Source: the human T2T-CHM13v2.0 reference genome, Homo sapiens
Length of the DNA stretch: 64,000 nt
Direction: 5' to 3' (one strand)
Assembly: GCF_009914755.1 (NCBI RefSeq)
Contig: NC_060925.1
Positions 1 to 13,000 of this stretch are shown piece after piece; positions within the stretch are counted from its first letter, which is position 1, and every line of letters starts with the position of its first letter. The position numbers were made by a program, and so were the translations under genes. The notes below the pieces were generated by a model. That model was not told the DNA's origin. It was given only the letters and a program-made list of their open reading frames with translations, and made no database searches.

Positions 1-509
1 ATATAATAGAGATGTCGTTTTCTTTCATTCGAGAAGAAAATACCATGTAATCTTTAAATATACTTGATTTCTGGTTGAAGTCTTTAGGAAAATCTTACAG
101 GAAGTCAGATTTTCAACTATCTCATCTCTAAAAACTACTACTGGTAAACAACATAAAAGTAAAAAAAAAAAAAAAAAAAGAAGAAGGAGAAGAAGAAGCA
201 GCTAAAAATAAAAGGTAAACAAACAATTTAGGCCATAGAGCTCAGCACAACTTGGAAACATTTCTGTATAATATTAATAATTACAAGCACAATGGATGAT
301 GAGTTACAAATAGGTGAGCCTTCTTAATTGGCTATTTCTCCCCACTGATATTTAACATGACTTTCTTTTAAAATTAGTGATAATAGGTATAAAAGAAAGT
401 GTAATATGTAGCAGCCTGGCCTCCCCACCAAAGAGAAAAGCCTCGTTCACTATTGTTATTAAGCTCCAATTATTTAAAAAGTTAAATATAAATAAAGGTA
501 ACAGGGTTT

Positions 510-680
510 GGTGCAAAGGAGTCAGATTCTGAATGTAAATACTGGCTCCACTTAGCTACTGGCTCTTTCACCTTGAGCAAGAGAAATTAACTTGTCTCTT
601 AAATTTCGTATTTGGGAAATATAAAATATCACCTACCTAAACATTAAGCTATAACCTGAAATTCAGTAAGTGTTGTTGTA
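510..680 (+). mobile_element. MIR SINE fragment (degenerate)
   Basis: ggagtcaga...ctggctccactt...accttgagcaag...acctacct resembles the MIR core. Confidence 0.5.
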
Positions 681-1879
681 TGATTAATATATGTTCTTTT
701 TATCTGAATTACCTATGTGATCAATTCTTTTCTGCAAATCTGGGATGCATTCATACACGCATATTTAAAGTCCCTCTGAGCTTGAGAAAACATATGTAAA
801 AAAATTAAAAAGAAAATGTTGTTCAATAGAGAAAGAGGAAGCAGTACAATTAAGCCTACTTAGGAGTGAAGATATATATTTATATATCAGAGGGACTAGA
901 TCTGTATTCTAAAGTGAAGATACCTGATGATCAGAAGCTTTTCTCAAGTCCTAAAAAAGAAATGTTTCTTAAAACTTCACTTTTATTTCCAAGTGTATGC
1001 CTAAGACTTCTAAGGGTAACCATCCACCTCATGGCTTCTGAGGACAGTGGTACCATCATTTAAGGTCCTGCCACCAGTAATTCTACAGAAAGGAAGGACC
1101 ATTTTTAATAATGCAACTTAAGAAATCTATTTTTACTCCCTTTCTAGACATTATTATCCAAATCATAAGTAGCCACTGATGCCCAACCTTTTTAGGCTGC
1201 TGCTTATGGTCACTGTTGCTGTCCTTTTCAATCATATCAAATTGTGGGTATCCCATATGATATTAGAAACTACAGCACAGTAAAGAAAAGGAAAGGATTT
1301 CCTGACCTATTGGTGAAAAACAGTGGTTTGCCATTTGGTACCATTAATTATAAGTGCTTAATAAAATCATCAGAAGAGATGAGTCAAGCTTTTCTTAAGG
1401 GAATCTTTAAGATATGTGTAAAATGCATTTCTTTCGTTGTTTATCATGGTGCTTACATGTTATTTGACAGGATTTCTTTTGGACTGGCTGTGTAAGTCTT
1501 GTTTCTTATTCTGCTTTTGTCATTGCATTTGGGGTTAAATTAATAAATATCCTCTTAGAGATATAATAGCTGATAACATTTTAAACAGCGGTTCAACACA
1601 GAAAACTAAATTATTTAACCTAAATAGGTTAGGCTCCAGATGCTTTTAATTTTAGCAATGTTATATTCACAACAAACAAACAGAAAACCACACTGCTCTT
1701 TTTTCTATTCCCCTCCAAGGAAAAAAGGTGCAATGCAAATCCAAATATCAATCTCAAGAAAACATACTAAGTAAGAATTTCTTGTGTAAATTAAAATACC
1801 AAAAAAAAAAAAAATCATCTGGAAAGTTAGGAGCAAAAATGAATGGGTCTTTTCAATTTGCCTTAGTTTTCTTGTTCCT

Positions 1880-2400
1880 TTTCATGCTCCCAAGTCGCAG
1901 TTTCTCTGCAGCAGCAGATGGACAGAGCGTGTAGCCCGCAGCACCTTCCTGTGACAGCCCTATTCTCCCTCCCAGACACTGCTGTTAGTAAATAGATTTA
2001 CACATTCTCCAATCTCCACACATCTTTCTGCCGAATAATTAAAAGCAGGATGATTAGTTTATTGAGTGGAAGGAGGAACTTTTTTATTGAGGTCCATCCA
2101 CGATTTTATCAGGGCCAGCACTTTTACGGTTGTCAGGGGGGTGCAGGCATCCAATTTTTCTTATCTGCCTGATTAATACAAACGCTGTTTCAGGACACAT
2201 TAATTAACAGATACAAATCTACGTTCTCATGGAAGGATCAATACGGAGAAGAAAAGAGGCATCAATGTGAATTTAGTGCTGATGATGGAGAAGGCACGCT
2301 AGCGACATTTACGTGCACGGAAACTTTAAAGTTGCACCGGGCCCCCTTTGTCCCTGTGATTTACAAATTAACAATGTTACAGCCATAACAACATTTCGCA
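1880..2400. promoter_or_regulatory. Candidate conserved non-coding element / intronic enhancer
   Basis: Repeat-free, retained CpGs, TAAT/TTTATT homeodomain-type motifs, TGACA/TGTCA and palindromes. Conservation is inferred, not measured. Confidence 0.5.
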
Positions 2401-4563
2401 CATTTCTTTGGGGTTTAATTGAACAAAAAACAATAAAATTTCATTTTTAAAGTTGATCCTGCAATTTGTTTCTTCTATACTGATGGTTGTGTGTGTGTAT
2501 ATGTGTGTGCATGTGTGTGTGTTTATCCTTCCTGCAAACCTAACTTTTTCCTTTTGCTTCTCTATGAAATAAAGAGAAGGAAAAAAGGGGAAGAAACAGC
2601 TCTCCTTTTTTTTTTTTTTTTTTTTTTTTTTTGGTGAGGGAGCATGAGGAGACGGATATAGCACAAAAGGTTTGACACATTTGCTTGATTGATATCCTCA
2701 AGTATATTTCAGCTGATTAAAGGAAGTATACTTTTTGCAAATCCAAAGGAAAAAGGACAATCTATGCCTTACAAAATAAAATAAAAGTCTGAACTTCTTC
2801 TATCTTTTCTTGGTCTAGAAATTGCTGGCTCTCATTTTACCCCTTTCCTACCACACCACTGCAATCTGGAAGCTAGTACAAAGAGCTCTCCTGCCCAAAT
2901 GCCTGAGCAGCAGTTAAGACAGCCTTGTTATAAGATAGTCATGTTCATCTGGTCACTAAGGAGACCAAATACATAATAGAAATTTTATCTTAATTCCATA
3001 AAATTATTTTACCTTTTCTTTAGGAGTACTAGCTACGTTGCACATACATAAAAACGCATGGATAAAATAACATTTTTATCAATAGACCTGAACAATGTAT
3101 AAAATTCTAAATAACCAAGGCCTAAATGAAAATGCATGTTTTAATAAGCTGAGTCTAAGGAATTTTCTTAAAACATAATTGCTCTATTGGCTTACACATG
3201 CTTGTATCCAAATGATAATTACTTGTTTATGTTTATACCAGGTATTTAATAGTAGTTTATAGCTCTTGGGCTACAAGTTAGAGGTCTTCATCATCTGTAA
3301 TATTTAGCTATCTTTGGAGAGAAACCTCTTTCCCAAGTGAAATAAAATATGCTTTGCAGTTGTGTCGTTTGAACTTCATGTTTTGTACATCCTGGGACCT
3401 TAATCTTTGGTGTGTGACAGGTTATAGTTTTAAATGTTCAGCCATATTACAGCTTTTTAAAATGCACTGATACCATGGCACATTTTTTCTTCCCCAGCTA
3501 TAGCCCATTCCCTGCATATCGCTGACAACTCGGATCTCTCTTCATCTCTGTCCCAGAGTCAGTGCCATTTAATGTATCTCAGGCATTTTGCTTGCAGAAT
3601 GACTCTCTACCTTGACCCGCAGTTAAATAGCATGTTTATCTGCAATACAGTGTGCTCCAAATAAACCAGATGACAGTTGGGAATAACATCATTTGGAAGG
3701 ATTGAAAAGCTTCTCAAGAGGCAGGTACCCCTGAGGTAATAGGCTTGAAGAAAGCATGTTTTGTGCCAACCGTCTTGCCTTCTTCTACTGGAAACTTTGG
3801 AGGTTGACAGTGGTGCCATGGGCACTCATCAAGCACTGTTTTTTTTTTTGTTTTTTTTTTTTTTTAGCCTGGCAAACTGATGCACTTTGCAGTCAACTTA
3901 CAAAAAAGGCTAAGCATTTGAAAGTGTGAAGGGCAAAAAATATCTGACGGCTAGTCTTCAAAAATACACTTTCATTTCAGAAAGCATAAATGTTTATTTC
4001 CTGAACAGAGTGTTGACAGAAATAGGCTGCAGTGCAGGCATTTGGGTTTAACCCCTGCTAGGCATTTTCTTCTCGGCTGCTTTCTTGAAATAGAGAGCAA
4101 GCATTTTAAATCTTCAGGGCATCTGTTAATATCAGTTAATCATGGCATTGACTTGCCTGATCACAGTTTTTGAACTGTAGTTTTTCTGTTCCACAAAAAA
4201 AAAAAAAAATCAACATTTTTCAACAACTAGCATATCATGCTAGAACTGTAATTATGCCATAATGACTCACTGAGATCACAAATGAAGTTCATTTTGAGAA
4301 GCTGATTAAGCAATGCAACGTAAGCTAGATTCTTTTCTTTCCCGTACAAATAAACCTAATGTTTACAGGACCCAGAGAAGAAAAGAATAACAGTGGCACT
4401 AACATTTGGTCTTAGCTACCAATAGACACACAGATGCATAACCCTTGCTAGAGATAAACTTATTTTGTATTTTTAAGCCAGATGTTCTTTTCACATATGG
4501 GGCAGACATATCACTTTGTCCTATGATTCACAAAATACACAGCTCAGGGGCTTGTAGGAAACT

Positions 4564-4653
4564 TTATATATATATATACATATATATATATATGTAAGTT
4601 ATATATATATATATATAGTCTCTTGCAGGAGACTATATATATATATACACACA
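4564..4653. repeat. Interrupted (TA)n microsatellite with embedded palindrome
   Basis: Directly visible TA runs. Confidence 0.9.
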
Positions 4654-6540
4654 CTTTTTTTTCATGAACTGGAACTCAGTAGGAGCTAGAGTTAAGCAGC
4701 TACAGATGGTTAACTGCAGAAGTGAAAGCTGGAACATCTACATGGTGCTATCAGAAGCATTTTATTTAAAATTTTTCTTTAAAAGAGATGATAATGATTA
4801 TATTATGTTTGTACTTAAGCCTTAAATACAATACCTATAATACTATTCTTTGAATCTTTACTCTTTTGGGCTGACCTTAATCCAGATTTCAGTAATTTAG
4901 ATTCAATCACAATTGGGTGAAATGTAAGAATAATTGACAAAAATGGAAAATAGGTCCCTTGCTAGCTAATTTAGTCATTTGTTTCAACATTTGTTGATTC
5001 CATAAGAAATCTATTTCTTTATCTCTGTTTTTATACTTTAATTAGGTTTCACATTGATTTTATGGAACTATTATTTTAAAATAGTGGTCAAACAAGACAA
5101 GTACATATTCCTAAAATCTAAAAGGCAGGACTCAGGTTTTAATACAATTTTGTATATAAGGGCAGAAGTGACCACCTTCCATAAAACTGAGCAAATGATC
5201 TAAGCAGTTGTGAGGAACTAAAAGAGAGGAGAACAGAAACGCAAAGGTAATATCTACCAGTCCAAAACAGAATTATCACTGTTAACTGAATTTACAGGTG
5301 CAATTGACCACTGACTACTCATGCTGATTACATAAACAACCAAATGAGTTTACAATTAGCCCAATCATAGGAACAGAAATTGAAAACATGCCCCCATAGA
5401 CGTGGTGAAATGCTTTCTTTAGCAATTATTCCTGGTTTTCCAATCAGCTTGCTAGAAAAATTTAAAATACAATAGCAGCTAAGAAAAAATATTTCAAGTG
5501 ACAATACAGGAAAGACTCAACATGATGACAAGAGGTTTTGTTTTGTTTTGTTTTTTTCCTGTGAGTGGGAGTTTTTTTTAACAACTGCCAGCCTACTTTG
5601 AAAAGTACTAGACACAGGGCCAATGAATGCCTAATAAGAATGTAAAGACCATCTACACGGAGTGTGCAGTTCCTCTTTGGAAGTCCTTACTTACCCCTAC
5701 TTACCTAGTACTTCTGAATGACTGGAGAGGATCTGAAATAATTCCCTTAGCTTTTCCCAAACTCCCTCTTACTTGACCTCAAGTTTACTTCTTTTGTCCT
5801 TTCATCTAAGCCAAGAAGAAAGAAAAAATGTCGGGGGGCATGGAGGCAAGCATGGGCTGAGCTGCCTTAAAGAGGGAAATCTAATGGCTTTCTTTTCCTA
5901 CAACCTTTATTTTTTACTAGTTGAAAATAAGTTCTGCCTGGAAAGCAGACTGACTGAAATTTGTTTGGCCATCAAGAAAATAGGAAAGCAATGCCATATA
6001 ATATAGGACTCTAAAAAATATATTTAAAAAAGGCATTTTTCAGTCTAACTTTGGGATTAGATGGATACTGAATAGGGAAAAACACCATTTGGAAGCCACA
6101 CTTCTGATTTGAAAGAAAAAGGATCTATGCTTGAATCTGACTTGCTTTACCAATGTACTGGTAGAACTAGGTCAAGAAATATCAGAGTGCTTCAGGGAAC
6201 TGACCAGTGGTCCATAGAAAACCAGTCCCACTTTGGAACCAGATATCTAAACACTATCCTCTTCAGGAAATTCCCAAGGGGTCCCCATCAAATTTGGTCT
6301 AATAATTTAAAATTCAAGCCTCCAAAATAAACACATACAGGCTCTATCTTGAACCTTGGAGAAAGCTGACAGATATCTCCACAAGCCTTTAAAGAGTCTG
6401 TGGAAAACATTTAGCAATAAATGCCCGTAAGATAAAGGTTTATAGTCAGGAAGTGATGTCTGAGGGGAGAGGATAGTGAGGGGAACTATAACTTTGAGGT
6501 CTAGAGATCTGACTACAACCAATGGTATTAACTTAGCCCC

Positions 6541-6990
6541 TGTGATGATCTGACTTGTGCCATCCCACCCAAAAGATGTTAGAGTCCTAACCTCCAGGAC
6601 CTGGGAACATGACCTTATTTGGAAATAGGGTCTTTGTAGATGATCACATTAAGATGAGGTCATTAAAGTGGGCCCTAATGTAATATGACTGTATCTTCAT
6701 AAAAAGGGGATATTTGGACACAGAGATGGACGTGTGCAGAGGAAAGATGATGTCAGGACACAGGGAGAATACTACCTACAAGCCAAGGGATGCTTGAGGC
6801 CACCAGAAGCCAGGAGAGACAGGAGAGAAGCATGGACCAGACTAGCCTGCAGAGCCCGCAGAAGGAACCCAAACCTCCTGCCACCTGCTCTTGGGCTTCC
6901 AACTTCCAGAGCTGTGAGCCAATATATTTCTGTGGTTTATGTCACCCAGTCTTTGGTACTTTGTTTTAGCAGCTTTAGCAAACTAATACA
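6541..6990 (+). mobile_element. MLT1 (MLT1B/C-like) ERVL-MaLR solo LTR
   Basis: TGT start; gaccttatttggaaatagggtcttt, attaagatgaggtca, ccaccagaagc motifs; aaactaataca end; near-TSD gcccc/gaccc. Confidence 0.85.
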
Positions 6991-7144
6991 GACCCACAGG
7001 TGACCTTCTTATCTGTCAATTGCAAACTGTGGACTACACACTTCTGAGGAATCTTCCAGTTCCAACAGTTTCTAATTCAGAATAACAAACCGAGCTAATC
7101 ATGAAGCACAAGGCTGTCTGGGTAACGGTGAGCACCTCAGACAA

Positions 7145-7315
7145 AATCCATGGACTGGGAGTAAATAGACCTAGAATTGGGTGCCATCTCTGCCACCAAA
7201 GAACTGTGAAACACTGAGGAATGACTCAACTTTGCTGGTTTCTGCTTTCTCATCTGTAAAACTAGAAGGTAGAAAAAGTATTCCTGAAGGTTTATTTCAG
7301 CCTTAAATTATTAGG
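7145..7315 (+). mobile_element. MIR SINE
   Basis: tggactgggagt...agacct...tctgccac...tttctcatctgtaaaa core. Confidence 0.65.
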
Positions 7316-8274
7316 CTTCCAATGGTTCTACTGTGACAAAGTTCAAATCAACTAGTATTTAGAGTATCTATTACAAGTGAAGCACTATGTTCAGTACCAT
7401 TGGAATATGCAAAATGAATAAGACATAATCCTTGTCATCTAAGATTTTATAGCACAGTAAAAGTGGATAAGACCATAACAACCAAAAAAGAAAAGTATTG
7501 CAAGGATGGATCCAAGTACATGTCTATGCAGAAAAGGAGAGTTTAGTGCTTGGTTGTACACATTCTCCTAAATGTATCCATATCCATCACTTTCTCTCCT
7601 CCCCTCCATTCCAGTTTTGGTTAGGCCTTCATCATCCTTTTGGGGTAAATTTTAACAGCATCCTTACCAAAATCCTTTTATATCTTGTATTTCTTTCTTC
7701 CATCCTACCCAGGGCTAGTCAAGCAATCTTTAAAATATGAAACCTATGCCATTCCCTCATCAAAATGCTTTCTTTGTTTCCATATCTCCTACATGATAAA
7801 ACTGAAACTCTCTGGTAGAACACAGAATTTCTTTCATTGTTTGTTCCTTTTCCCTTTTCCTGCCATATTTCCTAAAAAATCTTCCTCTAGTAATTCCTCC
7901 ATGGATGTCCTAACATGTTAAGTGAGCTCATTTTCCTAATCCTAATGTCAAAACCTACAGCTCCACTATTTCCCTAAGCACCGCCATCCACCTGCCACCT
8001 TACTCTTGGCCCTTCACTGATCTCTCACCAAGTTTTCTCTTTTATACATGTGAAATCATTCTCAAATACACACACTTCTTTCCATTCTCATTGCCATGAT
8101 CGTTGTCACTGGGTAGCATCTAAGGGCACTTGTAAAATATAAATGTGAAGATGAAGATGAAGACATAAGCAGGAGACACAGAGCTGAGTGTAAGTGACCC
8201 CTGAAGTAAGGGAGTGGATGTGAAGATCTGCTGCTTGATAGATATATCTGTATCCTCTGGACAGTGGTTTGCTG

Positions 8275-8395
8275 TGTTCTAGATAAACTCTTCAGGGTGG
8301 AGATCTCTGATTTGTTTCCTGCTATGTCTCCAGCTCCTCAAACAGTGCCTGTCACATAGCTGGCGCTCAGTAAATATGTGCTAAATGAATGAATA
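8275..8395 (+). mobile_element. L2 LINE 3' end
   Basis: acagtgcctgtcacatag...gctcagtaaatatgtgctaaatgaatgaat, typical L2 tail. Confidence 0.7.
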
Positions 8396-10173
8396 GAGAA
8401 TTCCTCAACAGCTCATTGACTGGCTTTCAAAAAGATGCGACGTTAGGAATGAAAAGACCATTGCAGGAACCAGATCCCTCACCCACAGAAAATACATCAA
8501 CATATAACAAAAAGGGGTGCCTAATGCTTTTTCATTAATTCAATGAATGTTTATTAAGGCACTGATTTCGTATAATGCTCTTTTCTTATAAGTGCCTATA
8601 AAGTATATAGGATTTTTATTTGGAGCCACTTAGACTCTGATAAAGTCCTGCCTAAATTTATTAACCTCAGCCAGTTCTCTTCAATTTAGAAGTAAAGTTG
8701 ATGTTTCAGTCATATGGACTAGCTGCTTCTCTTATATTTATAAGTAACCATTCACAACAGACTTCATGATAATGTCACAATTACTTTTTTGTTATTTATA
8801 AGTACTGTCATTAATTTATCTACCTATCCTAGTTGTACAATTATTTTGACAATATGTATACATTTATGTTCTGTAGCTTGCATTTTAAGCCTCTGAAATA
8901 CTAACCTAGTGAAGTCATGGATGAAAACAATGCTCATTGCTTCTTTCTACTTGCAGGAATAAAATATAATATGTCTACTTTTTTAACGTAAATTTTTAGG
9001 CAATCCCAACCTAATTTTTGTCAAGTGTAAGAAGGAGCTTCTCATGAGAACATTTTCCACACTAAAAAACTTGCAAGAAGATTGAGAAATCCTGGCATTT
9101 TATCATTATGGGCTGCTTCACTCTGAATCAAAAACAGCAAGGAGGAGACAAGGCAATAAAAATGCATACATAAGGCGTCCCCTTCTCAGTCCAGTTTAGA
9201 ACAATGGGTCCTCACTAGGTAAACACTCACTTGTCAGAAGTACTTGCAACACTACAGTCATTGCAGCACCAAGGGAGTAAGGGCCCTTCCTATGATAAAG
9301 CAGCAGATTAGACAGTTACAAACAGCAAGGAGGGTTCTTGTCTGTTATGTCCTTTCACTGTGTCTTTACACACAGGTGTTAATGTAATTTAAATGCCACT
9401 TAGACATGTTTCAGGTTTATCAGACTAGTTTGTGTATCCATTCTTACATAATAATTTCAAACAGGAACCAGTTCTACCTGCTGTGGGAACCTGCATAACT
9501 ATAGATAGCTCTATGCAAATAATCTGGGCAAGTCAAGCAGAATCTATTTAAATCTAAAAGAAATCAGGTGGGACTTTGAGGAAATGAAGCAGGAACCAAA
9601 AACATTTTTTAATAGGTCAGAACCAGGATCACATTATTTTGATATGAACTTTGTTTTTCCATTTATGGCTGGCTGAGAGTTTGGATCCATGAGAAAATTA
9701 TTCTGTTAAAGATTATAATTTTTCATTGAAAATAGAGATATGAGGAGAAACACAAGCAGATGAATTTTGTGAATATACATTTTAGGATCAAAAATATGCT
9801 TTTTAAGTCATGCAAAGTTTTAATAAACTAACCAATATGTTATTACTAGAAAATGTCATTTGTCGGGCTTCAAAAAGAGATAGGCATGCCTCTAAAACTC
9901 TTTAAAGCTGTCGAAGAGGCAATCCCAGCTGTAATTTTTGGTTAACTTTTTTCAAACAACAAATTATTGGCACTTCTGCCTTCCTTTCTACTTTTTAAGA
10001 TTTGATTTTCACTATTTCTAACTCAAAAATATATTTAAAGTATAAAATGAATTTTTATGAATTTTCATTTTCCCACACGTGAAGTTTAATAATAATATTT
10101 TTAAAGGTGAAATGAACTGCTTTTCTTGGGAATATCCCACAATTAAAAGAAATTTATAATTAGTGACTTAGCT

Positions 10174-10475
10174 TGCCAGGTGCGGTGGCTCATGCCTGTA
10201 ATCCCAGCACTTTGGGAGGCCCAGGTGAGTGGATCACTTGAGGTCAGGAGCTCGAGACCAGCCTGGCCTACATGGTGAAACCCCATCTCTACTAAATATA
10301 TAAAAATTAGCTGGGCATAGTGGCATGGGTATGTATTCCCAGCTACTCAGGAGGCTGAGGCAGGAAAATCGCTTGAACACAGGAGGCAAATGTTGCAGTG
10401 AGCTAAGATTGCACAACTGCACTCCAGCCTGGGTGGCAGAGCGAGACTCCATCAAAAAAAAAAAAAAAAAAAAAA
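10174..10475 (+). mobile_element. Alu (AluS-like), full length
   Basis: Two arms, A-rich linker and poly(A) tail 10454-10475. Confidence 0.97.
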
Positions 10476-10646
10476 GGGGGTGGGGGAAAGAATAGTAACT
10501 GCCATGGTTGCTTCATTTCTGTTATTTGTAATCCAACATTAGAGTCTAATATTGTAAGAACCTTTTAAAAAGCACATTCCACACACTGAATAAATTGAAA
10601 TAAGCTGTAGTGAATTAACATTAAAATATAGATAGATATATTAAGG

Positions 10647-10677
<31 letters not shown>
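10647..10677. repeat. (TCTA)n tetranucleotide STR
   Basis: About 7 tandem units. Confidence 0.9.
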
Positions 10678-10678
<1 letters not shown>

Positions 10679-12489
10679 CACTGATGTAGTACAAGAGACA
10701 AAACTAGAAGGAAAAGAGAAGTGCTCACTGGACCCCAGTCTGATTTTGGATTAAACACTGCCTATTCAAGTAAGGTGAAAGTTCAAAGTTTTTCCTAATA
10801 CTGCTTGCATTAATGAAGGTAGAGTTGCTGGCTTTAAGGCTCAGGGTATCTTGTCAAAAAGATCTTTGTGTAACTGTTTTCCCGTTTGTGAAGGCCTCAC
10901 CTACACGCACATTAAGCACAGAATGACAGGCATTGTGAGAACCTGGGTCATTTCATATGGGTTAACCTAAAAATTTGAAAATTGTATTTAAGCTGCCACG
11001 TACAAAAGGGAGTTGTGATTATCTTGTGTACTTTCACTGAAATGACCAAGAATCAATTCTATCTTGGATCCCTAAAAGAAAAATTGCTTATAATTTCTGT
11101 ACTGCCTTTAAAAACATAACTTCAAATCCTTTCAGAGTTACCTAATTGGTCCCTTGATATAGAAATACAAATTCCAATAAAAGCACTAATTATTATAGAC
11201 TTGGTGTTTGTGGAGTTAACGCTGTTATCTCTTCTTGTCTTACTATTACTAGTTACAAGTAAAGCAGAAAAAAAAATGAAAATCCTTCAGGTGTGCTTTT
11301 CTCAATTTTCCTAAAATAGAAACTATAACTCAGTGTCTTTAACATATGCCCTAGGAGGAGGAGAGGCAGAAAAAACAAAACAAAACAGGAGGTCTTCTGC
11401 ATAAATGGAAGTTAAAGGATTTACAGCATAGGCCATTAAAAACAAAGTGCCATATGTATTCATGAAAGAACGTAGAAGAAATATGTTATCCATGAGATGC
11501 TTGTCACAGATATGAAATTATAGCATGCTGACCCTGAAACTCCACACTCAAATAATATTAGAAATCCTTACTACTGATGCTTAAAGACCTAGGCATAATT
11601 TGTGTTCTGGACAGCATGGAAAAGCAGCTTCTCTGAATTTCTAGCTCTGAGAGTTCGGTTTAAAGTCAGGCTCCCACACTGTTTTTCTCTGCGGCTAATG
11701 AAGATCTGTTTGTGAATATTTACTCCCAAGTTCACGGCTCGTGTTTGCTGGCTCAAGCAGAGCTAAGTCATTATGGCTTGGCATACGTTCCACTGGGGAG
11801 GCGACCAGTTATCTTCTCATTGACAATAGAGGCAACCCCTTCGATTCCTCTCAGCCCTCCCTTCTTCCTCTCTACACTATCCCCAGTTTGGATGACTAGC
11901 CAAGTTAAAATGAAACCAAAACAAAAACATCAAACAACACAGCTCTCGGAATTCCTCAACCATATGAATGCAGAATCATTATCAGTGGTAAAAGGCTGCC
12001 GGTGGTATATATTTACTATGGATATATGATACACAAACCAAACCTGTGCCTCTTATAATAATTCTTTCTGTGAAGATCCTCCATTCAAAGTAGAATGGAG
12101 AAGGCAAATGTAGCTGCAGTTAAAAGCCATAATTCTTCTCCTCCCCAAATAAACAAGAGCACCCACAGCAGTCCCTCTAACCTTCCCGCTTTGATCTGCT
12201 GGAGAGTGCATTTACCTTTGTATCCCACCTCTCTCCTAGGCTGTGACCATTTCCTTTCATGTCACTGAAACCCTGCAAAAAAAACCCAGGAAATCCTAGA
12301 AGTTTTTATATCAGGTTGATTCAAGGAAATACGTGAAGGAAAATACAAGGGTTACCATATTTGGAAGTTGTCCTGTTTCCTAACTAGATTTGAGTAGCAT
12401 GAACATTACCTCTGGAGGCAGAGACTCTTCTGTCTACAACAGTCCAAAATGAAAGGGGGAGAAGAAATGGAGGAAAAAAAAAAAAAGCT

Positions 12490-13000
12490 GCCTGATTCTA
12501 ATACACCTAATTAGCCATCGGCAGACTCTTAATTGCATACATTAGGATGATGCCATAGTGGAGATTAATTCTAAATATACCCAAGCAGCTGGTTAAGATG
12601 CCATGGATTACAGTGTGGACTGTACTTTTCCACTTAATTAGATATCAAAATTAAGCAGCAACAAGCATTTTGACATAACGGGGATCAAGCCGCTGCTTGG
12701 TATCCCAGAGCTGCACTAAAGTGACCGCTAAACAGAGCTGCACAGATGGAGGGATATTAAATGCCGCACTGGAAAGTAATTTCAAATAATAAAATATCAA
12801 TATTTACATTTTAATTACCCCTACTGAGAGCTGCTCTGTCATTTTCACTATTGCCGACGCAGCAAGGGGTAGTGGAATGACATTGCGGCTCTGGCCGCAA
12901 TGACTATTTTGTTTCCATTAAAGAATGACAAGTGTTTTACAGGCAGTGACACTCGGTGTGTGAGCAAGAATGACAGCAGATCAGAAAATTCCTATTAAGG
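12490..13000. promoter_or_regulatory. Candidate conserved non-coding element / enhancer
   Basis: Repeat-free; many TAATTA/ATTAAT motifs, CAGCTG and CAGATG E-boxes, TGACA sites, retained CpGs. Confidence 0.45.

Noticed and set aside
2539-2600. Strong minus-strand acceptor (ttccttctctttatttcatAG at 2563-2562) suggesting a microexon
   Set aside because: Only weak donors follow (AAA|GTTAGG, TAG|GTTTGC), and the tract is low-complexity sequence.
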